Source: Ruminococcus sp. UBA7158 (GTDB lineage Bacteria > Bacillota > Clostridia > Oscillospirales > Ruminococcaceae). Taken from it: 64,000 nt of DNA. Position numbers and translations under genes: made by a program. Positions within the stretch are counted from its first letter, which is position 1, and each line of letters opens with the position of its first letter. Below the pieces are notes generated by a model that saw nothing but the letters and a program-made list of their open reading frames with translations, was not told the origin of the DNA and searched no databases. Shown in pieces: positions 17,610 to 26,624 of this stretch. The stretch covers positions 196-64,195 of the forward strand of contig DKWG01000066.1 in the NCBI GenBank assembly GCA_002491605.1, given 5' to 3'.

Positions 17610-17743
17610 AAAGCCAACAGCCGCCGTTTCCGACATTACATTATATTGCCATATACAAAAAAGCATTTTTATGCTTAATCGTTTAAAAGATATAAGACTC
17701 AAGACAAAAAAGATATTCTTTCAGTCTTTTTTGAAAGAAAGGA

Positions 17744-19498
17744 ATGTTAAAAGAATTGAAATACAGTTCAAGATTTATTGCTGTTTTGTGCGCCTTAGCA
17801 GTCTCATCTGCGTCGTTCACAGCCTGCGCAAAGGAGCAGCTGCCTCAGCCGTCTCAAAGCGGTACAGATACATCGGGTTCATCCGATCCGATTACGTCAA
17901 CCGGAGCCGAAATTGATGATAATGTTCCGCTGAACACTGTCAGCCATCGTGAGGATAAAACGCCCACTGTCGGCACAACAACAGACGAAATGCCGGACAC
18001 ACCGAGTATAACGGATGTAAGTTTCTCCGGCACGGTGACAAATCCACCCGTCACATCGCATGATATTCCGACCGTCACTCAGGCAACCAATGAAAACAAC
18101 GAAATAATTGACGACTACAAATCGGATATCGTTTTTGACACAGAGGACCCTGATGAGCTTTACTCGAAATTCGGTCTTTCAAGAAGCTCAAGGCAGAGCT
18201 ATTATAACTCAATATGCGCCGACTGCGACCTGCCCATCATACACGTTTCAACCGAAAACAAAAAGGAAGTCCTTTCCCGTGACAACTATATATCCTGCCT
18301 TGTAGAGATTATGAACTGCGAGGACGAGTATAAAATGGACGCAACCTCAGCCGGAATAAGAGTTCGAGGAAATGCCAGCGCATATTACGGCAATGAGGCT
18401 GATCTGAAAAAAAACGGCGCTCCGTATAGAATTAAGTTTACACAGAAGCAGTCTGTCTTGGGCTTAAATGATAACGCAAGGTGCAAATCCTGGGTGCTTT
18501 TAAAAACATATGAGACAGGCGTCAGAGATCATTTGGCATTCGAGCTGGCGAGAGCTATAAGCGAGGGTAAATACTATGCGTCGGACTCACGCTTTGTTCA
18601 GGTTTATGTCAACGAGGAATATAAGGGGCTGTACTTGCTGTGCGAGCAGAGTCAGGAAAATCCCAATCGTGTTGCAATAAACGAATGCGAAGAGGGCTAC
18701 ACCGGAACAGACATCGGCTACTTTGTCGAGCTTGACAACTATTCCTACACCGAGCCTTGGCGCTTCATGCTCAATTACAACAAGGAATCCATTACGGACG
18801 ACTCGGGAAAATCAAGAGTCCCTAAAAAGTATTACTACACCGTCAGAAATGACATTTACTCTGACGAGCAGCTAAAGTTCATTGAAAGATACTTTGAAGT
18901 GTGTTACGAAATACCCTTGAGGGCTATAAAATACGGTGAGTTCTACCGTTTGAACGACGATTTTACCCTGACATTGGCGCAGGACGAATTTGCATCCGCA
19001 TATGAATGCGTTTCACAGGTATTGGATCTTGAGTCGTTTGTCGATATGTATATCACCTACGAGATTGTCAACGACCAAGACGTCGGCGGCGGAAGCTTCT
19101 TCTTTGCTGTGGATTTCGGAAACGTATCGAAGTATAAAACACTGACCTGCGTATGTCCGTGGGACTTCAGCTGGGCGTACACCGATTACAGTGCCAAGTC
19201 AAACGGCGGCTTATACGCTGCCAACTTCAAGGACAGCTACTTTGTTGAGCACTGGGGCGACCGCTCCAATCCGTGGCTGATACTCCTGTACTCTGCCGAT
19301 TGGTTTAAGGATTTGGTTAAGGAAAAGTGGAACGAAAGATATCCTGCCATCCTTGAGACTATTGAAACGGTAAGAGGAACTGTAAATACCTACACAAGTG
19401 ATTTCAATAAAAACGGTTCAAGTAAAGCCTCTCGTGCCAAAACAACACTTGACTGGACCGAGGACAGAGTTAAGTATTTAAATTCGCTTTGGGGATAG
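17744..19498 (+). CDS. CotH-family (spore-coat-protein-H-like kinase fold) lipoprotein with Thr/Pro-rich linker
   Basis: Lipobox SFTAC, then a T/P/S-rich low-complexity N-terminal linker. The body has a CotH-like pattern (YRIKF..., EYKGLYLLCEQ, NPNRV). Confidence 0.7.
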   Translation: MLKELKYSSRFIAVLCALAVSSASFTACAKEQLPQPSQSGTDTSGSSDPITSTGAEIDDNVPLNTVSHREDKTPTVGTTTDEMPDTPSITDVSFSGTVTNPPVTSHDIPTVTQATNENNEIIDDYKSDIVFDTEDPDELYSKFGLSRSSRQSYYNSICADCDLPIIHVSTENKKEVLSRDNYISCLVEIMNCEDEYKMDATSAGIRVRGNASAYYGNEADLKKNGAPYRIKFTQKQSVLGLNDNARCKSWVLLKTYETGVRDHLAFELARAISEGKYYASDSRFVQVYVNEEYKGLYLLCEQSQENPNRVAINECEEGYTGTDIGYFVELDNYSYTEPWRFMLNYNKESITDDSGKSRVPKKYYYTVRNDIYSDEQLKFIERYFEVCYEIPLRAIKYGEFYRLNDDFTLTLAQDEFASAYECVSQVLDLESFVDMYITYEIVNDQDVGGGSFFFAVDFGNVSKYKTLTCVCPWDFSWAYTDYSAKSNGGLYAANFKDSYFVEHWGDRSNPWLILLYSADWFKDLVKEKWNERYPAILETIETVRGTVNTYTSDFNKNGSSKASRAKTTLDWTEDRVKYLNSLWG

Positions 19499-19679
19499 AT
19501 GTTTTTACCGCTCGACAGTGCGTCGGGCGGTAAAGCTTTATAAATACATATAATTAATGTGACTGCCTATCAGCGTTAAAGTGCTGACGCAAAAACTATC
19601 ATTATTAAATGTCGGCAACTGCACAAAAAATGAACGCCCTAAAACAGAGCGTTCATTTTTTGCTTATTCATTTTAAAGA

Positions 19680-20276
19680 TTATCTCTTCTTAGAAACAGC
19701 GATTGCAGCAGCAGCTACAGCCATAGGAAGAACTGCTAAAACGATACCTGTGTTAGCAGGAGCAGCAGGAGTTGTCTCTGCGGGAGTCTCAGCAGGTATT
19801 TCTGCAGGAGTCTCTGCCGGAGTTTCAGCAGGTGTCTCAGCAGGAGCAGCAACGTCAGCAACTACTTCGAGAACCTCAAAAGTGGTGTTTGCAAGAGGAG
19901 TTGCATAGTCAGGACCCTTTACCTGCAAAACAGAAGGCTCAGAAGAACCGCCGTAAGCGCCGCTGAGGTCACAGTACAAATCAAATGTAGCTTCGAAAGC
20001 ACCGTCAACAACTTCAACAACAGCAACGTCTGTTACACGGGCAACATCAGCAGAGTCTGTTAAATAGAATCTAACAGCAGTGTTATCACTTGTTCCCTTA
20101 ACATTTACAGTAACTGTAGCACCGTCAGAAACATCAACACCCTCAGGAATAGCTACCTGGAAGTTCTCGTTGAGTCCGGTACCAATCTCACCGGTAAGGT
20201 CAACATTAGCGAAAACGCTGACGCTGAGAGCCATAACCATAATCATTGCAACTGCGATTGATAAAATTTTCTTCAT
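19680..20276 (-). CDS. Secreted surface protein with (P)AET tandem repeats and a C-terminal sorting-signal-like tail
   Basis: Start MKKILSIAVAMIMVMALSVSVFA, with RBS AGGAGGAAAAAAC directly before the ATG at 20276. The C-terminus is ...PANTG-IVLAVLPMAVAAAAIAV-SKKR: a motif, a hydrophobic helix and a basic tail. Confidence 0.65.
   Translation of the reverse strand: MKKILSIAVAMIMVMALSVSVFANVDLTGEIGTGLNENFQVAIPEGVDVSDGATVTVNVKGTSDNTAVRFYLTDSADVARVTDVAVVEVVDGAFEATFDLYCDLSGAYGGSSEPSVLQVKGPDYATPLANTTFEVLEVVADVAAPAETPAETPAETPAEIPAETPAETTPAAPANTGIVLAVLPMAVAAAAIAVSKKR
19770..19841 (-). repeat. In-frame 12-nt tandem repeat encoding AETP x6
   Basis: Encodes AETPAETPAETPAEIPAETPAETT, visible as GCAGGAGTCTC-type periodicity on the plus strand. 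Confidence 0.8.
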
Positions 20277-20506
20277 GTTTTTTCCTCCTAATGTTATTTT
20301 GGTTATTAACCAAGAACATTTTAACATTAATAATACATCAAGTCAATAAATGTGTGAAGAATAATCAAAAATAGCCTTAACTTTTAAAGATTTGTCCAAT
20401 GGATTGCTGCTGTTTCGGGTTAGGCGTTTATTTGTCATTGAGAAAATGCCTTGCTTAACATTATATACAGATGATTTCCATGAACGAATTTTTTGATCGT
20501 TTCGGC

Positions 20507-20535
20507 TTGACAAATGCCGTCCTACAAGATATAAT
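20507..20535 (+). promoter_or_regulatory. Consensus sigma-A promoter for tRNA-Pro (TTGACA-17-TATAAT)
   Basis: Exact hexamers at 20507-20512 and 20530-20535, with a 17-nt spacer. Confidence 0.7.
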
Positions 20536-20552
20536 TATAGCGTTGTGAATTT

Positions 20553-20629
20553 CGAGGTGTAACTCAGTTTGGTAGAGTGCTTGGTTTGGGACCAAGATGC
20601 CGCAGGTTCGAGTCCTGTCACCTCGACCA
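20553..20629 (+). tRNA. tRNA-Pro (anticodon UGG), CCA encoded
   Basis: Manual cloverleaf: acceptor CGAGGTG/CACCTCG, D arm ACTC/GAGT, anticodon arm CTTGG-TTTGGGA-CCAAG, T arm GCAGG-TTCGAGT-CCTGT, discriminator A, then CCA. Total 77 nt. Confidence 0.9.
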
Positions 20630-20636
20630 ATAAAAA

Positions 20637-20663
20637 TGGACCCCTTGTGGGTCTATTTTTATT
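20637..20663 (+). terminator. Terminator after tRNA-Pro
   Basis: GGACCC-CTTGT-GGGTC hairpin followed by TATTTTTATT. Confidence 0.6.
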
Positions 20664-20782
20664 GTCGGAAGCGATAGGCGAGCAGAAGCTGCCGAAGCTT
20701 GCGACAAAAGGCAGAAATCCATCCTCAGACATAAACGAGCAAAAATAGCCGAACATTCCTATACGAAAAAAGCAAGCTTCCG

Positions 20783-20835
20783 ACTTGGCGCGTCCGACCG
20801 CCAAGTATTGGTCGATGTCCTGTCACCTCGACCAA
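20783..20835 (+). pseudogene. tRNA-like fragment carrying a 19-nt exact repeat of the tRNA-Pro 3' end
   Basis: GTCCTGTCACCTCGACCAA at 20817-20835 is identical to 20612-20630. It is preceded by an anticodon-arm-like hairpin TTGGCG-CGTCCGA-CGCCAA and followed by its own terminator (about 20841-20866). Confidence 0.6.
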
Positions 20836-21229
20836 AAGAAAAAGCCGCCAAGGCTTTTTTCTTTTGTGCTCTTATCGAAACTTGTCAAGATTAATGGACA
20901 GATAAAAGAGCGAAAATATTCCTACACTCATCCAAGTAAAGAACCCAAAAGCGTATCACACAATTTCTCAAGTTTTTATTACCGCATATATCATTTTCAA
21001 AACATTAATTTTTGAGCCGTTTTTATTAAGACGTCTCATTTTGTATGGATTTTTTATCTCCCCCGTGATATAATCTCAATTGAAAAACGGGAAGTCCGAT
21101 GATGCTGATTTTCGCTTTGCTTACAGACAAAGCCTATAGGTTAACTCTAAAGCAGTATAAACCGTGTGCGCCTGTCAAGCATAAAACAATACTTTTTTTA
21201 GCTTCATTACAAAGGGAGTGGTCGCAACA

Positions 21230-21901
21230 ATGTACAAAATATATCTTGTCGAGGATGACGGCGGCATATCGTCTGAGATTAAGCGTCAGGCGCAGACTTG
21301 GGGCTATCAGGTGAAAGTTGCCGAGGATTTTAAAAACATCACTGCTGAGTTCACGGCGTTTGAGCCTCACATTGTACTCATGGATATATCTCTTCCGTTC
21401 TACAACGGATACTATTGGTGTCAGGAGATAAGAAAGCTTTCTAAAACGCCCATTATATTCGTCTCGTCCGCATCCGATAATATGAACATAGTTATGGCAA
21501 TGAACATGGGCAGAGACGATTTTATCGCAAAGCCGTTTGACATGAGCGTTTTAATGGCTAAGGTCGCCGCACTTTTACGGCGGACATATGACTTCGGCTC
21601 TGATATGATGATTATTGAGCATAAGGGAGCGTTTTTAAACGTCAGTGACAACACACTTACTTATAACGGTGAAAAGATACCGCTGTCTAAAAACGAATAC
21701 CGAATCCTTTTGACCCTTATGGAGAACAAATGCCATGTTGTAAGCCGTGAAAGGCTTATGCAAAGGCTTTGGGAAACAGACCAGTTTGTCGATGAAAATA
21801 CACTGACGGTCAACATAAACCGATTGAGAAAAAAGCTTGACTCAGCCGGCTTGACCGGGTTTATTCAAACCAAGTTCGGAGTTGGGTATATTGTTGAATA
21901 G
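21230..21901 (+). CDS. OmpR-family response regulator (BceR-like)
   Basis: Receiver motifs (YLVEDD, MDISLP) and a winged-helix output domain (TLTVNINRLRKKL...GVGY). RBS AGGGAG lies 11 nt before the ATG at 21230. Confidence 0.9.
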   Translation: MYKIYLVEDDGGISSEIKRQAQTWGYQVKVAEDFKNITAEFTAFEPHIVLMDISLPFYNGYYWCQEIRKLSKTPIIFVSSASDNMNIVMAMNMGRDDFIAKPFDMSVLMAKVAALLRRTYDFGSDMMIIEHKGAFLNVSDNTLTYNGEKIPLSKNEYRILLTLMENKCHVVSRERLMQRLWETDQFVDENTLTVNINRLRKKLDSAGLTGFIQTKFGVGYIVE

Positions 21902-21913
21902 GAGGAACGCCTT

Positions 21914-22903
21914 GTGAGCTTTTTAATGATATATTTGCGGCATAGACTCAGAATTATTCTGTTCTTTTTGGCTTGCTCAGCGGTGTTTGTTTTTTCATTT
22001 TGGCTGTATCGACTGCCGTTGGCGGCTGTTATATACCCGATAATTTTGTGTGCGGCAGTGATTGCGGCGGCATTTATGTATGATTATGCGAAGTCGCTGA
22101 AAAAATACCGCAGGCTCATGGAGACATCAAAGCTTAAAGCGTCCCTGATGCCTTTAATGCCGTGTGCGTCAAGTCTTGATGACATCGGCTATCAGGCTGT
22201 CATAGCGTCATTGAAAGATGAGATAAGCGAGCTTGTCTCCGACAGCGACCTAAGGTATAAAAGCATGATAGAATACTATACAGTCTGGGCGCATCAGATA
22301 AAAACCCCCATTGCTTCTATGAAGCTGAGCCTCGTGGCTTCGGACAGCGCAGTTTCCCATAAGCTGAGCTGTGAGCTTTTGCGTATTGAGCAATATGTAG
22401 ATATGGTCATGACATTTTTGCGGCTTGACAGTGAATCAACCGATTACGTTTTTAAAACGCAGGACGTTGATGAGATTATAAGGCACTCCGTCAGACGGTT
22501 TGCACACGAGTTTATTCTCAAAAGGATTGCTTTGGAATATGAACCCACCATGCTTACGGTTGTAACCGACGGCAAGTGGCTCGGCTTTGTTATAGAGCAG
22601 CTTTTATCCAATGCACTGAAGTATACTCAAGCAGGAAGCGTCAAAATATATTTAAAGGACGGAAGAAGGCTCTGCATTGCCGACACCGGAGCAGGAATCA
22701 ACCAAAGCGACCTGCCGAGAATCTTTGAGATGAGCTATACCGGCGGCAACGGTCGAAGCATTCAAGGTTCAAGCGGATTGGGGCTGTACCTGTGCAAAAG
22801 AATTATTGACAATTTGGGATTTTCAATAAGCGTACAGTCGGAGCTTGGCAAAGGAAGCGTATTTATTATTGATTTGAGCCAGGACGAGCTTAATGTTGAG
22901 TAA
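21914..22903 (+). CDS. Intramembrane-sensing histidine kinase (BceS-like)
   Basis: Two N-terminal TM helices with almost no extracellular loop. H box WAHQIKTPI, N box LLSNALKYT, G boxes DTGAGI and GLGLYL. GTG start 7 nt after AGGAGG. Confidence 0.85.
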   Translation: MSFLMIYLRHRLRIILFFLACSAVFVFSFWLYRLPLAAVIYPIILCAAVIAAAFMYDYAKSLKKYRRLMETSKLKASLMPLMPCASSLDDIGYQAVIASLKDEISELVSDSDLRYKSMIEYYTVWAHQIKTPIASMKLSLVASDSAVSHKLSCELLRIEQYVDMVMTFLRLDSESTDYVFKTQDVDEIIRHSVRRFAHEFILKRIALEYEPTMLTVVTDGKWLGFVIEQLLSNALKYTQAGSVKIYLKDGRRLCIADTGAGINQSDLPRIFEMSYTGGNGRSIQGSSGLGLYLCKRIIDNLGFSISVQSELGKGSVFIIDLSQDELNVE

Positions 22904-22951
22904 AAGATATGCGCTGCTTTTGTGTATCTAATGAACTTGAACATTACAAAA

Positions 22952-23018
22952 ACGTAAGAATTAATGCTTAAAATGTAAGCCGAATCTATGGCGAAGCATT
23001 TTAAGCATTTGATATAAT
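22952..23018 (+). promoter_or_regulatory. Candidate response-regulator binding region and extended -10 promoter for the ABC transporter genes
   Basis: Direct repeats AAAACGTAAG / AAAATGTAAG 21 nt apart (22952-22958, 22973-22979). Perfect 10-bp inverted repeat GCTTAAAATG / CATTTTAAGC (22966-22975 / 22997-23006). TGATATAAT at 23010-23018. Confidence 0.45.
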
Positions 23019-23054
23019 CAGCTCATGAAATCTATTTAAGAAAGGCAGATTGAT

Positions 23055-23822
23055 ATGAGTATTTTAGAAGTATCCGGCATTCGCCGTGTTTATACGACGC
23101 ATTTGGGTGCGAACAAGGTTGAGGCGCTTAAAAACGTCAGCTTCACAGTTGAAAAGGGAGAGTACGTCGCCATAATGGGCGAGTCCGGTTCGGGCAAGAC
23201 TACCCTGCTGAACATTTTAGCGGCTCTCGACAAGCCGACAAGCGGTAGGGTTATACTCGATTCAATGGACATATCAAAAATCTCGGAATCAAAAATCGCC
23301 GAGTTCAGAAGAGACAATCTCGGTTTTGTTTTTCAGGATTTTAACCTTTTAGACACCTTTACCTTGGAGGACAACATCCTTCTTCCGCTCGTCCTCGCCG
23401 GAAAGACGTATAAGGATATGCACCAAAGGCTTTTAGACGTCACCAAAAAGCTCGGCATTTCTGAGCTTTTAAAGAAATATCCCTACGAGGTGTCCGGAGG
23501 ACAAAAGCAGCGTGCCGCTGTTGCAAGAGCGCTGATAATTGACCCGAAGATTATCCTTGCCGACGAGCCTACAGGCGCTCTTGATTCAAGGTCCTCCGAC
23601 GAGCTGCTGAGACTGTTCACAAAGATAAACAATTCCGGTCAGACTGTGCTGATGGTAACTCACTCCGTTAAAGCCGCAAGCTCGGCAAACCGTGTTTTGT
23701 TCATTAAGGACGGCGAGGTTTATCATCAGCTGTACCGTGGAATCGACACAGACAGCGAGATGTATCAAAAGATTTCCGATACCCTCACCATGCTTTCAAA
23801 CACTCAGTCTTTAGCTGACTAA
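23055..23822 (+). CDS. ABC transporter ATP-binding protein (BceA/MacB-type)
   Basis: Walker [10 protein letters not shown], signature SGGQKQR, Walker B ILADEPT. Confidence 0.9.
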   Translation: MSILEVSGIRRVYTTHLGANKVEALKNVSFTVEKGEYVAIMGESGSGKTTLLNILAALDKPTSGRVILDSMDISKISESKIAEFRRDNLGFVFQDFNLLDTFTLEDNILLPLVLAGKTYKDMHQRLLDVTKKLGISELLKKYPYEVSGGQKQRAAVARALIIDPKIILADEPTGALDSRSSDELLRLFTKINNSGQTVLMVTHSVKAASSANRVLFIKDGEVYHQLYRGIDTDSEMYQKISDTLTMLSNTQSLAD

Positions 23823-23834
23823 GGAGGACGAAGC

Positions 23835-25898
23835 ATGAAATTCAGTTTATATCCAAAGCTCGCCTTCGACGGCATAAGAAAAAACAAAAGACTGTATATA
23901 CCATACATTCTTACCTGCGTCGGAATGATTATGATGTATTACATCATAGCGTTTATGTGCAATAACGAAGCCTTTGAAAGCCTTCCTATGAGCAAGCGAA
24001 CAATTGAGATGACGATGACGCTCGGCGGATGGGTTATTGCAATATTTGCCCTTATATTTTTGTTCTATACAAACTCATTCCTGATAAGAAGGCGAAAAAA
24101 GGAATTCGGCTTATATAACATTTTGGGAATGAAAAAAGCAAATCTCGGAATTATTATGCTCTGGGAAACAATAATAATTGCTGCTATATCTCTTGTCATG
24201 GGTCTTAGCTTGGGAATACTCTTTTCAAAGCTTGCCGAGCTGGGGCTTTTGAAGATTTTGCAGGCGGACGTCGGATTCAGTCTTTCAATCTCTTTTCAGT
24301 CAATTCTGATAACAGTCGCACTCTTTTCGGTTATATTCCTGCTTTTATACTTAAACTCTATGCGCCAGATAACCTTTTCAAGTGCCATATCCCTTATGCG
24401 CTCTGAAAATTCAGGCGAAAAGGCTCCCAAAGCCAATTACATTTTAGGCATACTCGGCGTACTCATTTTAGGCGGAGCATATTATATCGCTGTCACGGTT
24501 CAAAACCCGCTTGTGGCAATGCTTTTATTCTTTGTCGCAGTTATTATGGTTATTATTGCGACGTATATGTTGATGATCTCCGGCTCGGTTATGCTTTGCA
24601 GGCTGCTTCAAAAGAACAAGCGCTACTATTACAAGTCGAATCACTTTGTATCAGTTTCATCAATGGTATTCAGAATGAAGAGAAACGGCGCAGGCTTGGC
24701 GTCAATATGTATTCTGTCAACCATGGTTTTGGTTATGATATCATCAACAACCTGCCTGTATGCCGGAATTGACAATACTCTTAAGGTAAGATACCCCGGT
24801 GAAATATGCTTCAGCATGAATCTTCGCAACATAGAAAACTTATCCGACGAGACAATCCCAGACATCAAGAGCGCAGTTCAGGAGATTTCAAAGGCGTCCG
24901 GCAGCGAGCTCGTTAACGAACGCGAGTATCGCTTGGCAAATACAGCAGGATATTTTAACCCCGACACCGGAGATTTGTCGTTTGACAACTATATCGATTA
25001 CTCAGGTCTGTCTAAAAATGCGTGCTCGGTTGTAATCGTGCCTGTTGACGACTACAATGCGTTTACCGGCAGCAATGCTTCGCTTTCGGACGGCGAGGTT
25101 TTAGTGGCAACCACAAGAACTGCCTGCAACAGCGACACTGTCTGTCTTGCAAAAAGGCTGACTTATAAGGTCAAGGACAGAGTGGACAACTGCTTTAATA
25201 TAGGTGATGTCGCAACAATGTCCGTTCCTGTTGTAACTATAATTGTTCCGAGCCTTGAGGATGTGCTTACTGATTTAGATTCGTGCATAGGCTCTGTTGA
25301 ATCAAATATTTTTAGTAAATTTTGGAATTACTCCTTCGACACGGGACTTGACAGCGCAGGTCAGGAAAAGGTTTGCGAAGGGCTAAGGCTTTTCTGCTCA
25401 CAAAAGGCATATGATCTCTCTCAAGGCAAGGCTGAGGATTTTAATTATCGATATATGTCCGCTGTTTCAAGAGCGGAAAGTAAAAGCGATTTTGTCGATA
25501 TCTACGGCGGACTGTTCTTCTTGGGAATACTTCTGAGCGCAGTATTTATTATGGCGGCTGTTCTGATTATTTATTACAAGCAAATCTCAGAGGGCTATGA
25601 GGACCAGGCGAGGTTTGATATAATGCAAAAGGTCGGAATGACTAAGCGTGAGATCAAAAAGAGCATAAATTCGCAGCTGCTTACTGTTTTCTTCCTGCCT
25701 CTTTTGTTTGCAGGCTGTCACTTGGCTTTTGCCTTCCCTATCGTTCAGAAAATGCTTGCAGTTATGAGCTTTAACAGCGTTTCACTGTTCTTGGTTGTCA
25801 ACCTTATCTGCTTTGCAATTTTTGCACTTTTGTATCTTATCGTATACAAGCTGACGTCCAATGCTTACTACAAAATAGTAAGCGGTGCAAAGGAGTGA
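23835..25898 (+). CDS. FtsX-domain ABC transporter permease with large extracellular domain (BceB-like)
   Basis: 687 aa, about 10 TM helices, with a ~220-aa hydrophilic loop between helices 7 and 8. It follows the ATPase by 12 nt. Confidence 0.85.
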   Translation: MKFSLYPKLAFDGIRKNKRLYIPYILTCVGMIMMYYIIAFMCNNEAFESLPMSKRTIEMTMTLGGWVIAIFALIFLFYTNSFLIRRRKKEFGLYNILGMKKANLGIIMLWETIIIAAISLVMGLSLGILFSKLAELGLLKILQADVGFSLSISFQSILITVALFSVIFLLLYLNSMRQITFSSAISLMRSENSGEKAPKANYILGILGVLILGGAYYIAVTVQNPLVAMLLFFVAVIMVIIATYMLMISGSVMLCRLLQKNKRYYYKSNHFVSVSSMVFRMKRNGAGLASICILSTMVLVMISSTTCLYAGIDNTLKVRYPGEICFSMNLRNIENLSDETIPDIKSAVQEISKASGSELVNEREYRLANTAGYFNPDTGDLSFDNYIDYSGLSKNACSVVIVPVDDYNAFTGSNASLSDGEVLVATTRTACNSDTVCLAKRLTYKVKDRVDNCFNIGDVATMSVPVVTIIVPSLEDVLTDLDSCIGSVESNIFSKFWNYSFDTGLDSAGQEKVCEGLRLFCSQKAYDLSQGKAEDFNYRYMSAVSRAESKSDFVDIYGGLFFLGILLSAVFIMAAVLIIYYKQISEGYEDQARFDIMQKVGMTKREIKKSINSQLLTVFFLPLLFAGCHLAFAFPIVQKMLAVMSFNSVSLFLVVNLICFAIFALLYLIVYKLTSNAYYKIVSGAKE

Positions 25899-25905
25899 TG
25901 CTGCG

Positions 25906-26442
25906 GTGTTTAGATTGCTAATATCAAAAATATTATTAATAATGATGACGTGCGCAGTAATTGCCGTTTCTATAAGCGCTTGCTCCGCTCATAAAGCCGT
26001 TGGCTTTTTCCATGACATATTCAGTTCGATAAATGAGACGGACATTGTCGAAGGTGCAAAGGACTTTTGGAGCGAGCTTGTGGAGTCCCTCGGCAATTAC
26101 AGTATAACCGATGACGACAAGCTGATAGGCACACGAACGGTTGACGCCGACGGTTATTTCAGCGGCGAGTACTATGCTCAGTGCTACAGACAAACGACAA
26201 AGGAATCTGTGTTCGGCGGCACGTCTGTTCATTCAAGAGACGTCACCGTAAAGGCAGACATAAAAGCCGTCAGCGGAGATGTGACTGTAAGAGTGAGAAA
26301 AAACGACGATATATTCGAGTTTAAAACCGACTCAAACGGCAAGCTCACTCAATCGTTTAACTTTGAGAGCGGCGGCAACTACGTTATGCTTGTTTACGAT
26401 GATTTCAGCGGAACGGTTAACTTAAGCGTAACTGAAAAATGA
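25906..26442 (+). CDS. Hypothetical lipoprotein downstream of the Bce-like permease
   Basis: Signal plus lipobox (AVSISAC). I prefer the GTG at 25906, 11 nt after AAGGAG, over the overlapping GTG at 25885. The mature part is beta-rich. Confidence 0.5.
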   Translation: MFRLLISKILLIMMTCAVIAVSISACSAHKAVGFFHDIFSSINETDIVEGAKDFWSELVESLGNYSITDDDKLIGTRTVDADGYFSGEYYAQCYRQTTKESVFGGTSVHSRDVTVKADIKAVSGDVTVRVRKNDDIFEFKTDSNGKLTQSFNFESGGNYVMLVYDDFSGTVNLSVTEK

Positions 26443-26624
26443 CAACGGTGACGGATATGAAAAATGCAATTGGTTCTGCGCTTAAAAAGGCGATTATCTG
26501 GCTGGGACTGGCGGCAATAGGTATTATAGCAATACCGATAGTTATGCTCTTGGGTCTGATACATTTGATATGGTCGTCTGTCGATGCTGTTATAGGACGG
26601 CTGTTTAATAAAACTGATTCATAA
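26439..26624 (+). CDS. Small (61 aa) membrane protein, translationally coupled (ATGA overlap)
   Basis: Its start codon overlaps the previous stop. It has one long hydrophobic segment, IIWLGLAAIGIIAIPIVMLLGLIHLIW. Confidence 0.45.
   Translation: MTTVTDMKNAIGSALKKAIIWLGLAAIGIIAIPIVMLLGLIHLIWSSVDAVIGRLFNKTDS

Noticed and set aside
19609-19908. 99-aa plus-strand ORF with SAGVSAGISAGV repeats
   Set aside because: It is the reverse-complement shadow of the AETP tandem repeat in the minus-strand surface protein, which has a proper signal peptide and RBS.
20405-20470. Possible fifth, minus-strand copy of the hairpin module (..TTAAGCAAGGCATTTTCTC..CCGAAACAGCAGCA..)
   Set aside because: Only the flank motifs resemble the family. 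I could not draw a convincing H2 stem on the minus strand. The similarity is short enough to be chance.
20535-20804. 89-aa minus-strand ORF spanning the tRNA-Pro gene
   Set aside because: It overlaps a clean tRNA cloverleaf and its terminator. It has no RBS and is an artefact of an AT-poor stop-free stretch.
20630-20816. Intact genomic island or prophage at tRNA-Pro
   Set aside because: Only 186 bp separate the repeats. No integrase, excisionase or cargo ORF is present, so at most it is a scar (reported as such).
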